Shown here: positions 21,001 to 32,352 of the stretch, in pieces
Layout of the letters: each line of letters begins with the position of its first letter
Position numbering within the stretch: position 1 is the first letter of the stretch
Source: Vairimorpha necatrix
Taxonomy: Eukaryota
DNA length: 64,000 nucleotides
Assembly: GCA_036630325.1 (NCBI GenBank)
Contig: CP142729.1
Span: 1,178,001-1,242,000, forward strand
Direction of reading: 5' to 3'
The notes under the pieces: generated by a model
The model's database searches: none
Seen by the model: only the letters and a program-made list of their open reading frames with translations
What the model was told of the DNA's origin: nothing
Made by a program: the position numbers and the translations under genes

Positions 21001-22444
21001 TAAGAGGCTCTTTTGTTACTAATAGTAAGGAAGTTAAGCTATATACTAAAGCATAAGAATGATGAAAGGTTTTATATTCAAATGATCAAATTAGAAATGT
21101 ATGTAAATTAGGCTTATACGTGGGCACAAGAATAATATTATCTTATGTAATGTAAATAGGACTGAAACATGAAATTTTACCACGCAAAACAAAAAAAAGC
21201 ACTTTTATTTCCGACAAAATGAAGCTTACACATTAGATCATTCTTACTCACTTAAAAGATATATAATAATCTCAGCAACGAGTGGGCATTATCCAAAGTG
21301 AAGATAGCTTCGTATAATTAGGGTCTGCGTATTAAAAGTCCTAATTGACATAAGTCTTTCTATAAATAACAACTCAATTATTCTAAAGTAGAGAAGACTC
21401 TTTTGTAATGACACAAGACAATGTTTCAAAGCAACAAGAATCAAACTTGGCAGAATTTGAACACATTTTTTTTGGAACTATAAATATCGTCAAAGCCTCA
21501 AGGCTCTACAAGCTTTGTGCAAAAGATGGCTATTTTATGATCCCATGAACCAATACATCAGGCGGAGTCTAATAATATTTTATAAAGGTCAAATTATTAT
21601 AAAAAGTAAAACATTATACATATTTCTATATTTAATAATGTTTACAGAGTTTAAAACAATACTAGGTTAAATAAATGAGCTTTGTTAAGATGAAACTGAC
21701 CTGAGTTCAATTTGACCACATAACTCAAAAACACCAGAGGACTGTAAACTGAAGCATATTGCAACTAATGCCCTATAATTACATTATAAACAATGGAAAA
21801 ACACGAAAAGTACTATGGTAAATAAATAGGTATTTAAAATTTGCTGTGCCCGAGAAATTGGTGGAAAAAACAAATAAACTAATTATATTATAAATTAACG
21901 TTGACAATTAATCGATAATAAAAAATTTTTAAGTTTTATATATACACAAGGTAATATTATATGTTGACAAAGTAAATATATTAAAAAAATAGGCTGACTT
22001 TATAGACACTGTCTCTATCCATTTAGACGGACCAGCGTACTTAATCAATACTTTGTAAGTTTAATCACCTTAAAAACCAATAAACATTACGAAAAAAAAT
22101 CAATATGAAGATTTTAAATAACAAAGGATTTAATTTACGCTAGAAATACAATAATAAAGATAAAATAACTACTAATAAAAATTAATTTTTTGAAAACTTT
22201 CTCTCTTTCAAATGTTTTAAACTTTGAAACATAAATATAAACATGAAACATTTTGGTTGTGTTGAGAATGGACAGAAATATTAACTAAACTTCTCTTTTA
22301 ATGTATTATTAATTTCTAAAAATAAATTAAAAAAATTATTTATTTCTGATGAAACAGTTTGAAAAAACTACTCAATTAAAATATTTGATCTCTAACAATG
22401 TTTTAAAAATAAATATTTAAAAAAAAAATTTATAAAAAAACAAT

Positions 22445-23650
22445 ATGAGAAATATAAAGTTTTTAAGTGCAGCTCTTTTGTGTGCTCAGAGTGTCTACTC
22501 CAATATATGCGCTCCTTCTAATACAGGAGTTCCTAGTATACCAAATTTAAGTGGAGGACAAATAGAGAATTGTGGAGTTCCAAGTAAACCTCTAGTTGCT
22601 CAACCGCCTTCAGGAATGCCAACAGATTGTGTAGTAGGATCGCCAGGAAACAATCCACCAGTAGGACAGCCAATGAGACCATCAGGATATAGTCAACAAC
22701 CACCAATTTGCGCAGTAGGCCAGCCAGAAGTGCCCGGAGGAAATTTCCCAGGACAACCAAGCGTGCCAGTGATGCCTAACGTTATACTGCCCCCCTCTCC
22801 ACCTCAACCTCCTGCCGTTACACAAGTATTCCAGCCACCAGTACCCGCTGCCACTACTATCGTAAACCCTGTGCCAATGCCATATCAAACTCCTCAAACT
22901 CCCCAAACTCCTGGACAAGGCAACTACTTACCACCATCTGGATCCAATCAACCACCAAAACAAGAAACTCAGTGTAAGATAAAGAATGTAGTTGAGTGTA
23001 CACCAGTAACTCCCGAGGAAGAAGTGCCTGAACCCTTACCACCCACGTCAATTACCTATAGTCCGCAACCACCTACGAATGTTCCTGGAACTCCTAATGT
23101 TCCTGGAACCCCAGTTATGCCAGCTATGCCCATTGTGCCCACTGTACCCGCTCAGTCACTATGTGTGATGCCACCAGTCAATCCAGTCCCAATGAACCCA
23201 TCTAATACACCATACAACGGATCCAATGTTTGTGTAACGCCACCATCACAAGGCACAGGTGTACCTGTTCAACCTTCTCAGCCTGCTTTACCTGCTCAGC
23301 CTTCTCAAACTCCTCAGCATCCTGTGCAAGGAACTCCTCAGAACCCTGCCAATACTGTTTACGTACCAATCCAGCAAGCTCCTAGTGAATGTGCTAATCC
23401 CTCTAACATGATCAACTCATTATGTGATAATAGCACCCACTTACCGACATCAATGAAAGGATCAGTAACATCTTGTGATGTACCTAATAATGCCGAATGT
23501 TTATCTAAGATGATCAGCCAGCCGCCACAAGCTACAGTAGTTGATTATGCTGAATGTACACCACAGCCGAGAACTTTAGTCGATGTAGGGGTTTTAGCAC
23601 CAGCCAGTGAAGCTTATATTCAAGCACATCAAAATCAATGCGTCTATTAA
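22445..23650 (+). CDS. PTP1: polar tube protein 1 candidate (Pro/Gln/Cys-rich secreted protein, 401 aa)
   Basis: Hydrophobic signal peptide, very Pro-rich, no Trp, spaced Cys, PTDC..GS segment, NVPGTP repeats, terminal QC.Y; AT-rich start context without CCC. Confidence 0.75.
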   Translation: MRNIKFLSAALLCAQSVYSNICAPSNTGVPSIPNLSGGQIENCGVPSKPLVAQPPSGMPTDCVVGSPGNNPPVGQPMRPSGYSQQPPICAVGQPEVPGGNFPGQPSVPVMPNVILPPSPPQPPAVTQVFQPPVPAATTIVNPVPMPYQTPQTPQTPGQGNYLPPSGSNQPPKQETQCKIKNVVECTPVTPEEEVPEPLPPTSITYSPQPPTNVPGTPNVPGTPVMPAMPIVPTVPAQSLCVMPPVNPVPMNPSNTPYNGSNVCVTPPSQGTGVPVQPSQPALPAQPSQTPQHPVQGTPQNPANTVYVPIQQAPSECANPSNMINSLCDNSTHLPTSMKGSVTSCDVPNNAECLSKMISQPPQATVVDYAECTPQPRTLVDVGVLAPASEAYIQAHQNQCVY

Positions 23651-24529
23651 ATAGTTTCTAATACTTTTTGTTTTTTTAAAAAAAAATTTCCCTTTTATTA
23701 TAAAAAATATTTTTTATATGAATATATTAACAAATTCATCTTGGTGTTTTATATTATTCAATTGAAAAGGAAAATGTTTCATATTTAATATCACATGACA
23801 ATTAATAAAATGTGTTCATATTATAAATATATTACAATTAAGAAATTGATTGAAAAATATGGTACATTGCTAAAATAATTTGTAATATAATTTATAGCTT
23901 ATAATATCTTAAGGCGTCAAATCGTCTTTATTCGTTATATTTTTCATTATCAAAAAACTAGTATATATTCGAAATGTTTAATCTATTACTATTAATTATT
24001 TAGTAATGCTCTTTTTTAATTACCTAAAATCCCCATCAAATGTATATGTTATGGAGCTTTAAAATATATAAATTATTTGGTATAATTCTTCATAATTAAA
24101 ATAATACATACTTATAATCTCAACTGCCAAGTCATCACAATTGTGTTGATGACTAAAATGTATTATATTCCAGAATAAAAAAATAAAATCGACAATTATT
24201 TATATTAACAAAGCACGTAAAGAGGCACTTTATTTTCCTCTTTGTTTTTAAATGATTATAAGCGTATTTTATAAGTCACGAGAAAACCTCTCATGACCTC
24301 TACTATTTTGTGAATGACAGGGTTGTGCTACTTTATTGAATAAAGTTACAAAAGAAACAGAAGAACTTAGGATTGCAATCATCAAACTGTACATTAAATT
24401 TTTTTAATCGCCATAATATAAGCCATTAAATTTGTTGGCTTAATAATGTGTGTTTGGCTCGAGCAAATCAGTTACTTGATCCATATCACACATTAAATTA
24501 TGTCCAGCATATATGATTATGTGGCACGG

Positions 24530-24910
24530 GCTTAATGATCTGTGGAGGAACATCTTCTTACAATCACAAAAGGCACCGACTATCATCAGCATCGCGTAAA
24601 CGATTGCTTACACAGCCGCAGCACGGCTCTCTATTTTATGGACCATCTTTTATTGGACTATTCGGTTTCACCGACGCGTTTCATGTCCTGTGTGATGGGA
24701 TCACGAAACCTTCCGACAACTTCTTCTATTCTCTTGACATGGCTAGAATAATAACACATTAGAGACTCTACGCTGAGGATCATACAACATATATAGACTT
24801 TACTTACATTCTAACAGAAGTGGCCCTAAACATTACAGTTCTTTGGGCGTGTCTTCCATATGGCCGTAGATCCCTGTGGCTTAACCCACACGAGTTTTAC
24901 AACTCGTCTG
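24530..24910 (-). mobile_element. old diverged fragment of the tRNA-SINE family
   Basis: Colinear similarity to 51360-51740 (CTTACACA.CC.CA, GAT.GG..CACGA.ACCTTC, CCCTGTGGCT..AC.CACAC.AGTTT); no head or tail seen. Confidence 0.6.
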
Positions 24911-26779
24911 AACTAAAAATTACCATCTACATATAATATAGCTGCGAATATTTCAACACCACAGCGAAATAATTTTTTGAGCTCAAATGAATTTGTTTCT
25001 AATTTTTTTAATACAATGACACAAAGCGACCATCCCCAGAACCATGTTTTTCTTTGTCATTTATGACGTAAGAGCTGCTTCTCTATGGTAACTAAAATTT
25101 TGCCCATAAAATCAATCCGTGATGCTGTGCTGATTTTTAAATAAATTTATTGCAACTGAAAATTGCCAATGATTCTATATTTTCTTCTTGCAGTTTTATT
25201 TTTTTTACATTAAATGGGTTTGCCTATATTTTTTTAAATATTTTCCATTTGGTAAACATTACATGAAGAAACTTTTTTCTATATAATATTATATTTATCG
25301 AATTGATAAGTAAGCTTTATAGATTGGATGGTTTAGATTTTCTACATTTATTCTTAATCTACATATGGTTTTAAATCATGTAAATTTGATGTTACTTCCG
25401 CCGCCATTTGCTTTTTTAATGACAATTTAATTGGCCCGGAGTAGTAACCTGATAAACCTTTCATAAATGGTTTTACTTTGCTACTGACAAATAATCTTGT
25501 ACTAGCATTTTCATAATAAAACTGAAATATTGTAACATAAACATGAATAATATTAAATAAAAAAATCGAAGAGTGGTATTACTAAACCTACCACGCGATC
25601 TCGCTACTATAAATTTACGATTGAAAAAATTAAACCTGCAAAGTTTAAAGAGATTGATGTACATCACTTACTAATCCCTTATAATATTTACAAAACACAT
25701 ACATAATTCATTATCAAATTGATTTTGTACTCATTTTTCTATTTCTGAACCCATCTTGCAATGTAGTACAAATTTATTTTATTGTATTTTATAAAAATAT
25801 AAGTAATTTAGAATGTAAGATATTTTATTGTTTTGTATATCACAACTTACCCAGTTTGCATTATACTAACCGTCAGTGTATAAGCTATTATAAATTTTAT
25901 TGTCGATGTTTTCTTTCAGTAAAGGTATTTTAATAAAATTTATTACTTAATATCTTTTGTTTATTTTTCGAAAGATTTTTGTCATGAATCTTCTTCTTAG
26001 GTGAACAAAACAACCAAATAATAAACAAAATTAAAAGACCCTATATACTTAATTTACAAAAAATTACAATTAAATATGTTATTTTTATTTTGTATTTTGG
26101 TAATTTTAGTGGTTGTTGTTTTTTAGCTTTCTAGTTCTTATTTTTTACTCTAAATTAATTTTTTAAAAAAAAAATTACGACTTTTAAATGCATATATTTC
26201 AAGTGATTTTTTATATACTAGTCTATTGGTCTACGATTATCCAGGCCTTGAAAACTTCTAAATTCAAATCAATTTTGTGTCTATCTTCCTTTAGTTTGTT
26301 TGAATATTATTAATATATTTATTTTTTATGCAGCTTAGGCTTCAATGTATGTATATCTTTTCACCATGTAGTATATGCCTAGTTTTTTGAATTAAGTCTT
26401 TTAGCAGCTATATTGATCAAATCAGCATTAGTGTAATAGAATTGCTGTTTTTTAAAAAAAGGCGCTAAATTTGGAGTACTTGTGATTTCTATATACGTAT
26501 ATGAAATAATAAGTGCAAACAGAAATGTATAAAATGGTCGATATACAGCATAAATTTTAAATAAAAATTGTTTATATAACATGCCAAACTCAAATATGTA
26601 AATATAGGCTTTCAATTTTTGATTATTCATTATTTTCAAAATTATAATAAAACATTTGCTTATGTTAAAAATTGTTAATTTGTGCATCTTGAGAGTTGGG
26701 GGAATTCTCATTTCAGAAGTGTTGAGATTTAACGTATAAAACGTAACGACATTCTAAAAAAATTCTAAAATTTCGATGA

Positions 26780-26930
26780 AATTTTGAATAAATTGAGACA
26801 AATAGGAGGCTCTGTTACAGTCGGAGAGATAGACCAAAGCAAATTTAAAAAAATTAAAACCATAGGAGAAGACTTGTAAAAAGATTGGGTGAAATGGTAC
26901 GGGAAAATGATTGAGCAGTAAAGATAGTCT
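26780..26930 (+). pseudogene. Merlin (ISXO2-like) transposase remnant
   Basis: IGGSVTVGEIDQSKFK..HRRRLVK across a frameshift, resembling IGG..VEIDESKF.KRK.HRGR. Confidence 0.6.
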
Positions 26931-27755
26931 GCGTGGTGCTCAATAAATAAATAAAAATACATTGCACGCAATCTTGTTTCAGCATGTAAAAATTTTCGTC
27001 ATTCTTTTAGATATGTACAGGTCCTCAATATCTTTGAAAGGCTATTATATATCATAGAAAGCACTACAGTCATATTTAAAAACGCCAAAAAGGTGCCTAT
27101 AAAATCACTATTGAAGGAAATTAAAGTTTATTGAAATCTTCTATATTGAAAAAGCTTAAGGTATATTTTCTTTAGGTATATATTTGACTCTCTATGTACT
27201 AAATTACATGTGAATCAATGTACCCTTAAAGTTTTATTAAAATTAAGTTTACGATATATAAATATGGCTAATTTTCACTTTATCCCCCCCCTTACCAATA
27301 TAAATTAAGAATTTTTTATTTTTAGCCCTGTTTTTTAAAAGTCGAAGCGTCCAGAGCGGAAAGGAACAGAGAAAAATTTACATAAGTAAAAAAATGGTCT
27401 TAGAAACATCTAATTTGATCATAGTTTATGAAAAATATATTATTTAAACCAATTTAATAATGTTTTCTAATAAACTATGAGTTAAATAGAAATCTAAATT
27501 TGTAAAAATATGTTTTAGCCTATTGCTTTCTTTTGTCATTACATTTAATTTTTGCTAAAGATAAACATGTTTATACTTAGTTTATGTTGTTTAAAACAGA
27601 ATCTAGGTTAGGTTATTCTTAGTTTGGTAGTATATTTATTAGTCTTGTTTTTTAGGTTTTTATTGGTTTTTCTAGACAAACAAAGTAAAAATAATGTTAT
27701 ATTTATGCTCTTTTAAGAATTATTGAATCGTATAGAATGTCAATTTATTAATATA

Positions 27756-30700
27756 TATAAGTGCTTAACATAATTAGGGTTTAATATTATTACTGATTAT
27801 AACATCCCCCCTCCAGACGGTTAGTCTCCTTCAACATACTTTAAATCCCCTACACCCTTAAGATCATAATGCCTTTTTTTCACCAACCTTCCATTCTCTA
27901 ATCTCACTATATATGAATCCCCTGGACATAGCTCAATCACTCTTCCCATGTCTAAAAATCGACCCTTACTATACTTACTACATCCCTTTAAATTCTCATT
28001 CTTGGCAACCCTAACTATCTGGTTCCTTTTGAACTTTTCTCTAAACCAACTTTTAAACTGTTGCGCATACTTTCCCTCTGGACTATTCTCCATACTAACA
28101 TTTCCTGTATTATCGGTTAAAGCTTCTACTGGCGTGCACTTAATACCAGCATGAAAACTTAAATTATATTTCTCAATAGCTTCATAAACCTTGTTCTCGA
28201 ATTTTTCTTTTTGGCTCTTTAAAATACTATCTCTTACAGTTCTAATAACTCTTTCTACTCTTCCATTACTTCTGTGCGACTCAACGCTGACCTTTCTATG
28301 ACTAATATCTAAATTTCTACATAGCTCGGTAACTTTTTCGTTGCAAAACTCTTTACCATTATCCGTAATGATTTCCTCTGGTTTTCTACCCTGTTTACAC
28401 AAATCCTTGATAAATTCGGCAATTCCAGATGCGTGCTTGCTCTTCAATACTCTGCCCCATAATCTCCTTGTAAAGTAATCAACTGCCAAAACAATAAACG
28501 CTTTCTCATCCCTAAATTCTATTAAATCTAAGCCAACCTTCTCTAAATATCTTGTTGTGTTCACTAAATCAGTACCGCCACTCGTTTTTCTATTAAAAAT
28601 CTGACAAGTCTCGCAATTCTTAAGGACCTTTTCGATCTGATCCTTAATTCCTGGCCAATAATACTGTTTCCTCAACTCATAATATACCGTTGTTCTGCTT
28701 CTGTGGCTCAAATTTACATGACAATCCATTATTAATCTCTCTCTGTCTTGTTCCAAAGGCATCTCGCCTTCTCTACCACTATCAAATACCCAGTATTCTT
28801 TACCTTCTACAATTTTTACATGCTTATTTCTTTTCCCTTCTTTTTGTCTATCACGGCGTGTTTCATTTCTCTTTTTCTTTGCATCTTTTTCTTTTGTATA
28901 TACCCTACTTAGCGCATCGGCTACGACCATATTTTCTGGAGTTCTATATTCTATCACGAAATCAAATTCCTGAATCTTCTCGACCCATCTATTAATTCTA
29001 GCATTCTTAAAGTCGGGCTTGTTTCTTATTTCGCCCAACGCTTTATGATCAGTTTCTATTCTAAATTTCCTACCTCTTAATTCATATTCAAACTTTTTAA
29101 CGCCCCAAAAAACTGCGTACATTTCTTTTTCTGATATACCATAATTAACTTCCGTAACGGTAAACTTCTTAGACGCCCACTGTACTGGCACCCATTCTCC
29201 TTGATTATTTTTCTGTAACAGTACTGCGCCCATGCCTACATTACTAGCGTCAGTCCTCAACAAAAATTCTTTATCATAGTCTGCTATTTGCAGCTTTCCT
29301 AGGCCTTTCAATACTTCTTTTAAATTATTAAACTCGTTTTTCATATCATCCGTCCACTTCCAATTATCATTCTTCCCTTTTAAACTATCTGTCAACCTAA
29401 CTGTCAATCCAGCGTAATTCTTAATAAAATCTCTGAACCAACCCGTCATTCCTAAAAATCTTCTTACATCTGACACGCATGTTGGTATCGGAAACTCTAG
29501 GGCTTCATTTTTCTTTATCTCTGACGGTATTATATCTTCTCCATTTAAAGTGACTCCCAATAATTTAACTTCCCGTTGACAAAACTGAACTTTATTTGCA
29601 TTCAGCTTCAAATTGTTTTCCTTCAGTCTATTTAATACCCTTTTCACTAATTGCTCGTGTTCTCCTATCGTTCGGCTGTACAACACAATATCATCCATAT
29701 ACACCTCTACTCCTTTGCCTTTCATATCTCTAAAAATCCTATCCATAATTCTCTGCAATATCTGCGGGCTATTCTTATATCCCATAACCATAGAGTTCCA
29801 TTCATAAACCTTGCCATTAAAATCAAACGCCGTCTTATGTTTATCCTCCTCCTCTATCTCAATACTATAGAAGGCCTCTTTTAAGTCGAAAACCGTCATA
29901 TATTTTGCACCTTGTGTAGCTCTTACAACATCTCTTATGTTAGACAATCTATACTCGTCCTTTTGTACAATATCGTTCAATGCCATCAAATTACTAACCA
30001 GTCTTATCTCACCATTTGGCTTTCTGATTGACCTTATAGGATTCCTCCAACTTGAATTTGACTCTCTTATCACTTTCCTTTTTAATAAATCTTCTAGATG
30101 TAGCTCTGTATCTTTTATCAACGCCTGCGGAACCATTTGTCCCTTCTTAAATACCTTCATACCCGCTTCAGTATTAATTTTACATTTTTCCAGTTTACAA
30201 TATTTTATCTCCTCTTTTCCTAACTTAAAAACCTCTCCAAAACTCTTAGCATACTTATCTAAATTTAATCTGATTCTCTTACTCTCCTCTTTAACGGCAT
30301 ATTCTTTTTGATTTTTCTCAAATTTGACTCTAAGTCCTCTTTTTGATCTTCTAAAATCTCGCTCCTGACTTGACTCTGATTCACTACCTACTTCCATTTT
30401 GCAACTGTTATCCTTGTTATTCTTTTTATAATAATTATCTCTATTAATCTTCAGTCTGCATTCAAACACCCTATGCCCTTGTCTATCACAATAGAAGCAT
30501 CTCGGTACTCTCGATTTTTGTCTTGGTTGTTCTCTACTAATTTCTTCATTTATAGACCTAGAAATAATTTTTCTCATTTCCTCATATATCTTTTCTTTTT
30601 CCTCTACTTCCTTAATCCTTAACAATAGCTTCTTCCTTATTCCTTCAATATTTTCTTCCTTTTTGATATTTCTCACAATAAAATCTTTTAAATCCATCGA

Positions 30701-30898
30701 AGCCAACTTGAACAGCTCACTCTTCCATTTCACTCTATCTACATCTCTCAAATCCAATTCATACAATATACGCTCTAACTCCTGTAACATCTTTCTGACC
30801 ACTTGGCCACAGTCCTCTCTTGTGAACTCTTCTTTAGGTATCGCCCCCATATAAGTGCTTAACATAATTAGGGTTTAATATTATTACTGATTATAACA
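27756..30898 (-). mobile_element. Ty3/Gypsy LTR retrotransposon A with identical 49-bp LTRs
   Basis: LTRs 27756-27804 and 30850-30898; TSD ATATA; PBS TGGGGGCGA; PPT GGAGGGGGGA. Confidence 0.92.
27821..30865 (-). CDS. Gag(CCHC)-RT-RNaseH-integrase polyprotein, 1014 aa, no protease motif
   Basis: CFYCDRQGHRVFEC, YMDD, TDAS...EKE...TDH, H-x3-H...C-x2-C, D...D...E (GLDL, TDNG, GRVER). Confidence 0.93.
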   Translation of the reverse strand: MLSTYMGAIPKEEFTREDCGQVVRKMLQELERILYELDLRDVDRVKWKSELFKLASMDLKDFIVRNIKKEENIEGIRKKLLLRIKEVEEKEKIYEEMRKIISRSINEEISREQPRQKSRVPRCFYCDRQGHRVFECRLKINRDNYYKKNNKDNSCKMEVGSESESSQERDFRRSKRGLRVKFEKNQKEYAVKEESKRIRLNLDKYAKSFGEVFKLGKEEIKYCKLEKCKINTEAGMKVFKKGQMVPQALIKDTELHLEDLLKRKVIRESNSSWRNPIRSIRKPNGEIRLVSNLMALNDIVQKDEYRLSNIRDVVRATQGAKYMTVFDLKEAFYSIEIEEEDKHKTAFDFNGKVYEWNSMVMGYKNSPQILQRIMDRIFRDMKGKGVEVYMDDIVLYSRTIGEHEQLVKRVLNRLKENNLKLNANKVQFCQREVKLLGVTLNGEDIIPSEIKKNEALEFPIPTCVSDVRRFLGMTGWFRDFIKNYAGLTVRLTDSLKGKNDNWKWTDDMKNEFNNLKEVLKGLGKLQIADYDKEFLLRTDASNVGMGAVLLQKNNQGEWVPVQWASKKFTVTEVNYGISEKEMYAVFWGVKKFEYELRGRKFRIETDHKALGEIRNKPDFKNARINRWVEKIQEFDFVIEYRTPENMVVADALSRVYTKEKDAKKKRNETRRDRQKEGKRNKHVKIVEGKEYWVFDSGREGEMPLEQDRERLIMDCHVNLSHRSRTTVYYELRKQYYWPGIKDQIEKVLKNCETCQIFNRKTSGGTDLVNTTRYLEKVGLDLIEFRDEKAFIVLAVDYFTRRLWGRVLKSKHASGIAEFIKDLCKQGRKPEEIITDNGKEFCNEKVTELCRNLDISHRKVSVESHRSNGRVERVIRTVRDSILKSQKEKFENKVYEAIEKYNLSFHAGIKCTPVEALTDNTGNVSMENSPEGKYAQQFKSWFREKFKRNQIVRVAKNENLKGCSKYSKGRFLDMGRVIELCPGDSYIVRLENGRLVKKRHYDLKGVGDLKYVEGD

Positions 30899-31689
30899 AT
30901 ATATGTTATATTTTAGCTCCAAAAGTAAAATATTACATGTTTGGAAAATTCTTTAATTCTTGAAAAATATTCATTTATAGCAGCAAATGAACCTTATAAA
31001 TATTGTTTATATAGAGATTTTCGTTGTTATACATTGCAATGTACAATAAAGATAAATCTTGATCAATAATTGGAAGAAGGAAATTTTTAAAAAATTGCAA
31101 AACCAAACGAAAAAAATAATTGTTTTATTTTTGGAAAATATGCTATTTTATTACAACTTTATTTTTTTGACTTTTGCTCCTTCACATTTTTTCCGCTTCG
31201 AATTTCGAAAAAAAGGGATATTTTTTAAAAATTCTTAATTTATATTGGTAAGGGGGGGATAAAGTGAAAATGCTCCTATAAATATACTTATTTAAATTTT
31301 ATAACAATTATTTATCAACAATATTTTTTCTAAAGGTTTCTCTCCCTTTTCTTTGTTTAAAGAATGTGTTTTTATACAATGCTGATTTTAGCTGTTATTT
31401 TTTTAAATGTTTTTGCGGATTAGTGGGCGGGTTTAAACAGCTAATCGCAAAATTCAACTTATATATATGGTATAAAACAAGACAAAGAACTCTTCAAATT
31501 TACTGGAAACAACATAAACACCAATATAGTAAGCCCAATTTGACGTTTCAATACAAATTGTAGTAGAAATCAGGCATATCGTAATGCTTCAGTTGCATCG
31601 TTTATTAACATATATATAAAAATGTTTTTTTATAAGTGAAATGCTTATATGGTGATCTAATTTGTATTAATTTGAAATTCGAAAATCAA

Positions 31690-32352
31690 TGTCACAGTTC
31701 GGAGCGGACGCCAGGGGTAAAAAATTAAAAAAAAACTCTTCAGTGAGGATCGAACCAAAAAATAAGAACAAATAAATGTTCGTCTTAAATGATAACCAAA
31801 GTTTTGTCTTAATTTTTTGAGGGGTAAATTTTTGCTATTTTTTTATAATAATGGGAGGGAATATTGAAAAAAGGAGAAAAATAAAATAAACAAAATTTTT
31901 AGTACTTTATTCATTACCAAGCAACCTTAGATCTCTATCTCTAGTACTTATTTCTTCTATTATAATATCATTATCATCTTCTTTGCATAATTTTACTTTA
32001 TTAAAATGTATTATGTCTATTACAATACCAGTATGTAAAAAGACAAAAACTTCTTGTCTTTCATTGTTATTCAATTTTATTTTCATGCCATTAAAATTAA
32101 AGAAATTTTAAATACAAATTACAAATAAACACCAATTTTTTTTTTATTTTTTACCCTTCTCAAGTAAGCATTTTCCCCTGCGTCCGCTCCGAACGGGTAT
32201 TTTTTTTACTTAATTTTTTACCCTTCTCAAGTAAGCATTTTCCCCTGCGTCCGCTCCGAACGGGTATTTTTTTTACTTAATTTTTTACCCTTCTCAAGTA
32301 AGCATTTTCCCCTGCGTCCGCTCCGAACGGGCGTCCGCTCCGAACGGTGACA
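31690..32352. mobile_element. MITE with TGTCAC termini (possibly Ginger-like) and three subterminal 61-bp tandem repeats
   Basis: TIR TGTCAC(A/C)GTTCGGAGCGGACGC; flanking duplication ATCAA (or AATCAAT if the ends lie 1 nt inside); repeats at ~32140-32330. Confidence 0.8.

Larger units (their letters stand above)
27266..31276. mobile_element. non-autonomous TIR element (Merlin- or MULE-like MITE) carrying a nested Gypsy insertion
   Basis: ~50-bp TIRs GG..ATTTTCACTTTATCCCCCCC(C)TTACCAATATAAATTAAGAATTTTT; 9-bp TSD TATAAATAT at 27257-27265 and 31277-31285. Confidence 0.85.

Noticed and set aside
31736-31757. B-box-like GGTTCGATCC on the minus strand
   Set aside because: No A box or cloverleaf; too short to call.
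32140-32345. CRISPR-like repeat array
   Set aside because: Units are identical tandem copies with no unique spacers; eukaryotic context, no cas genes.
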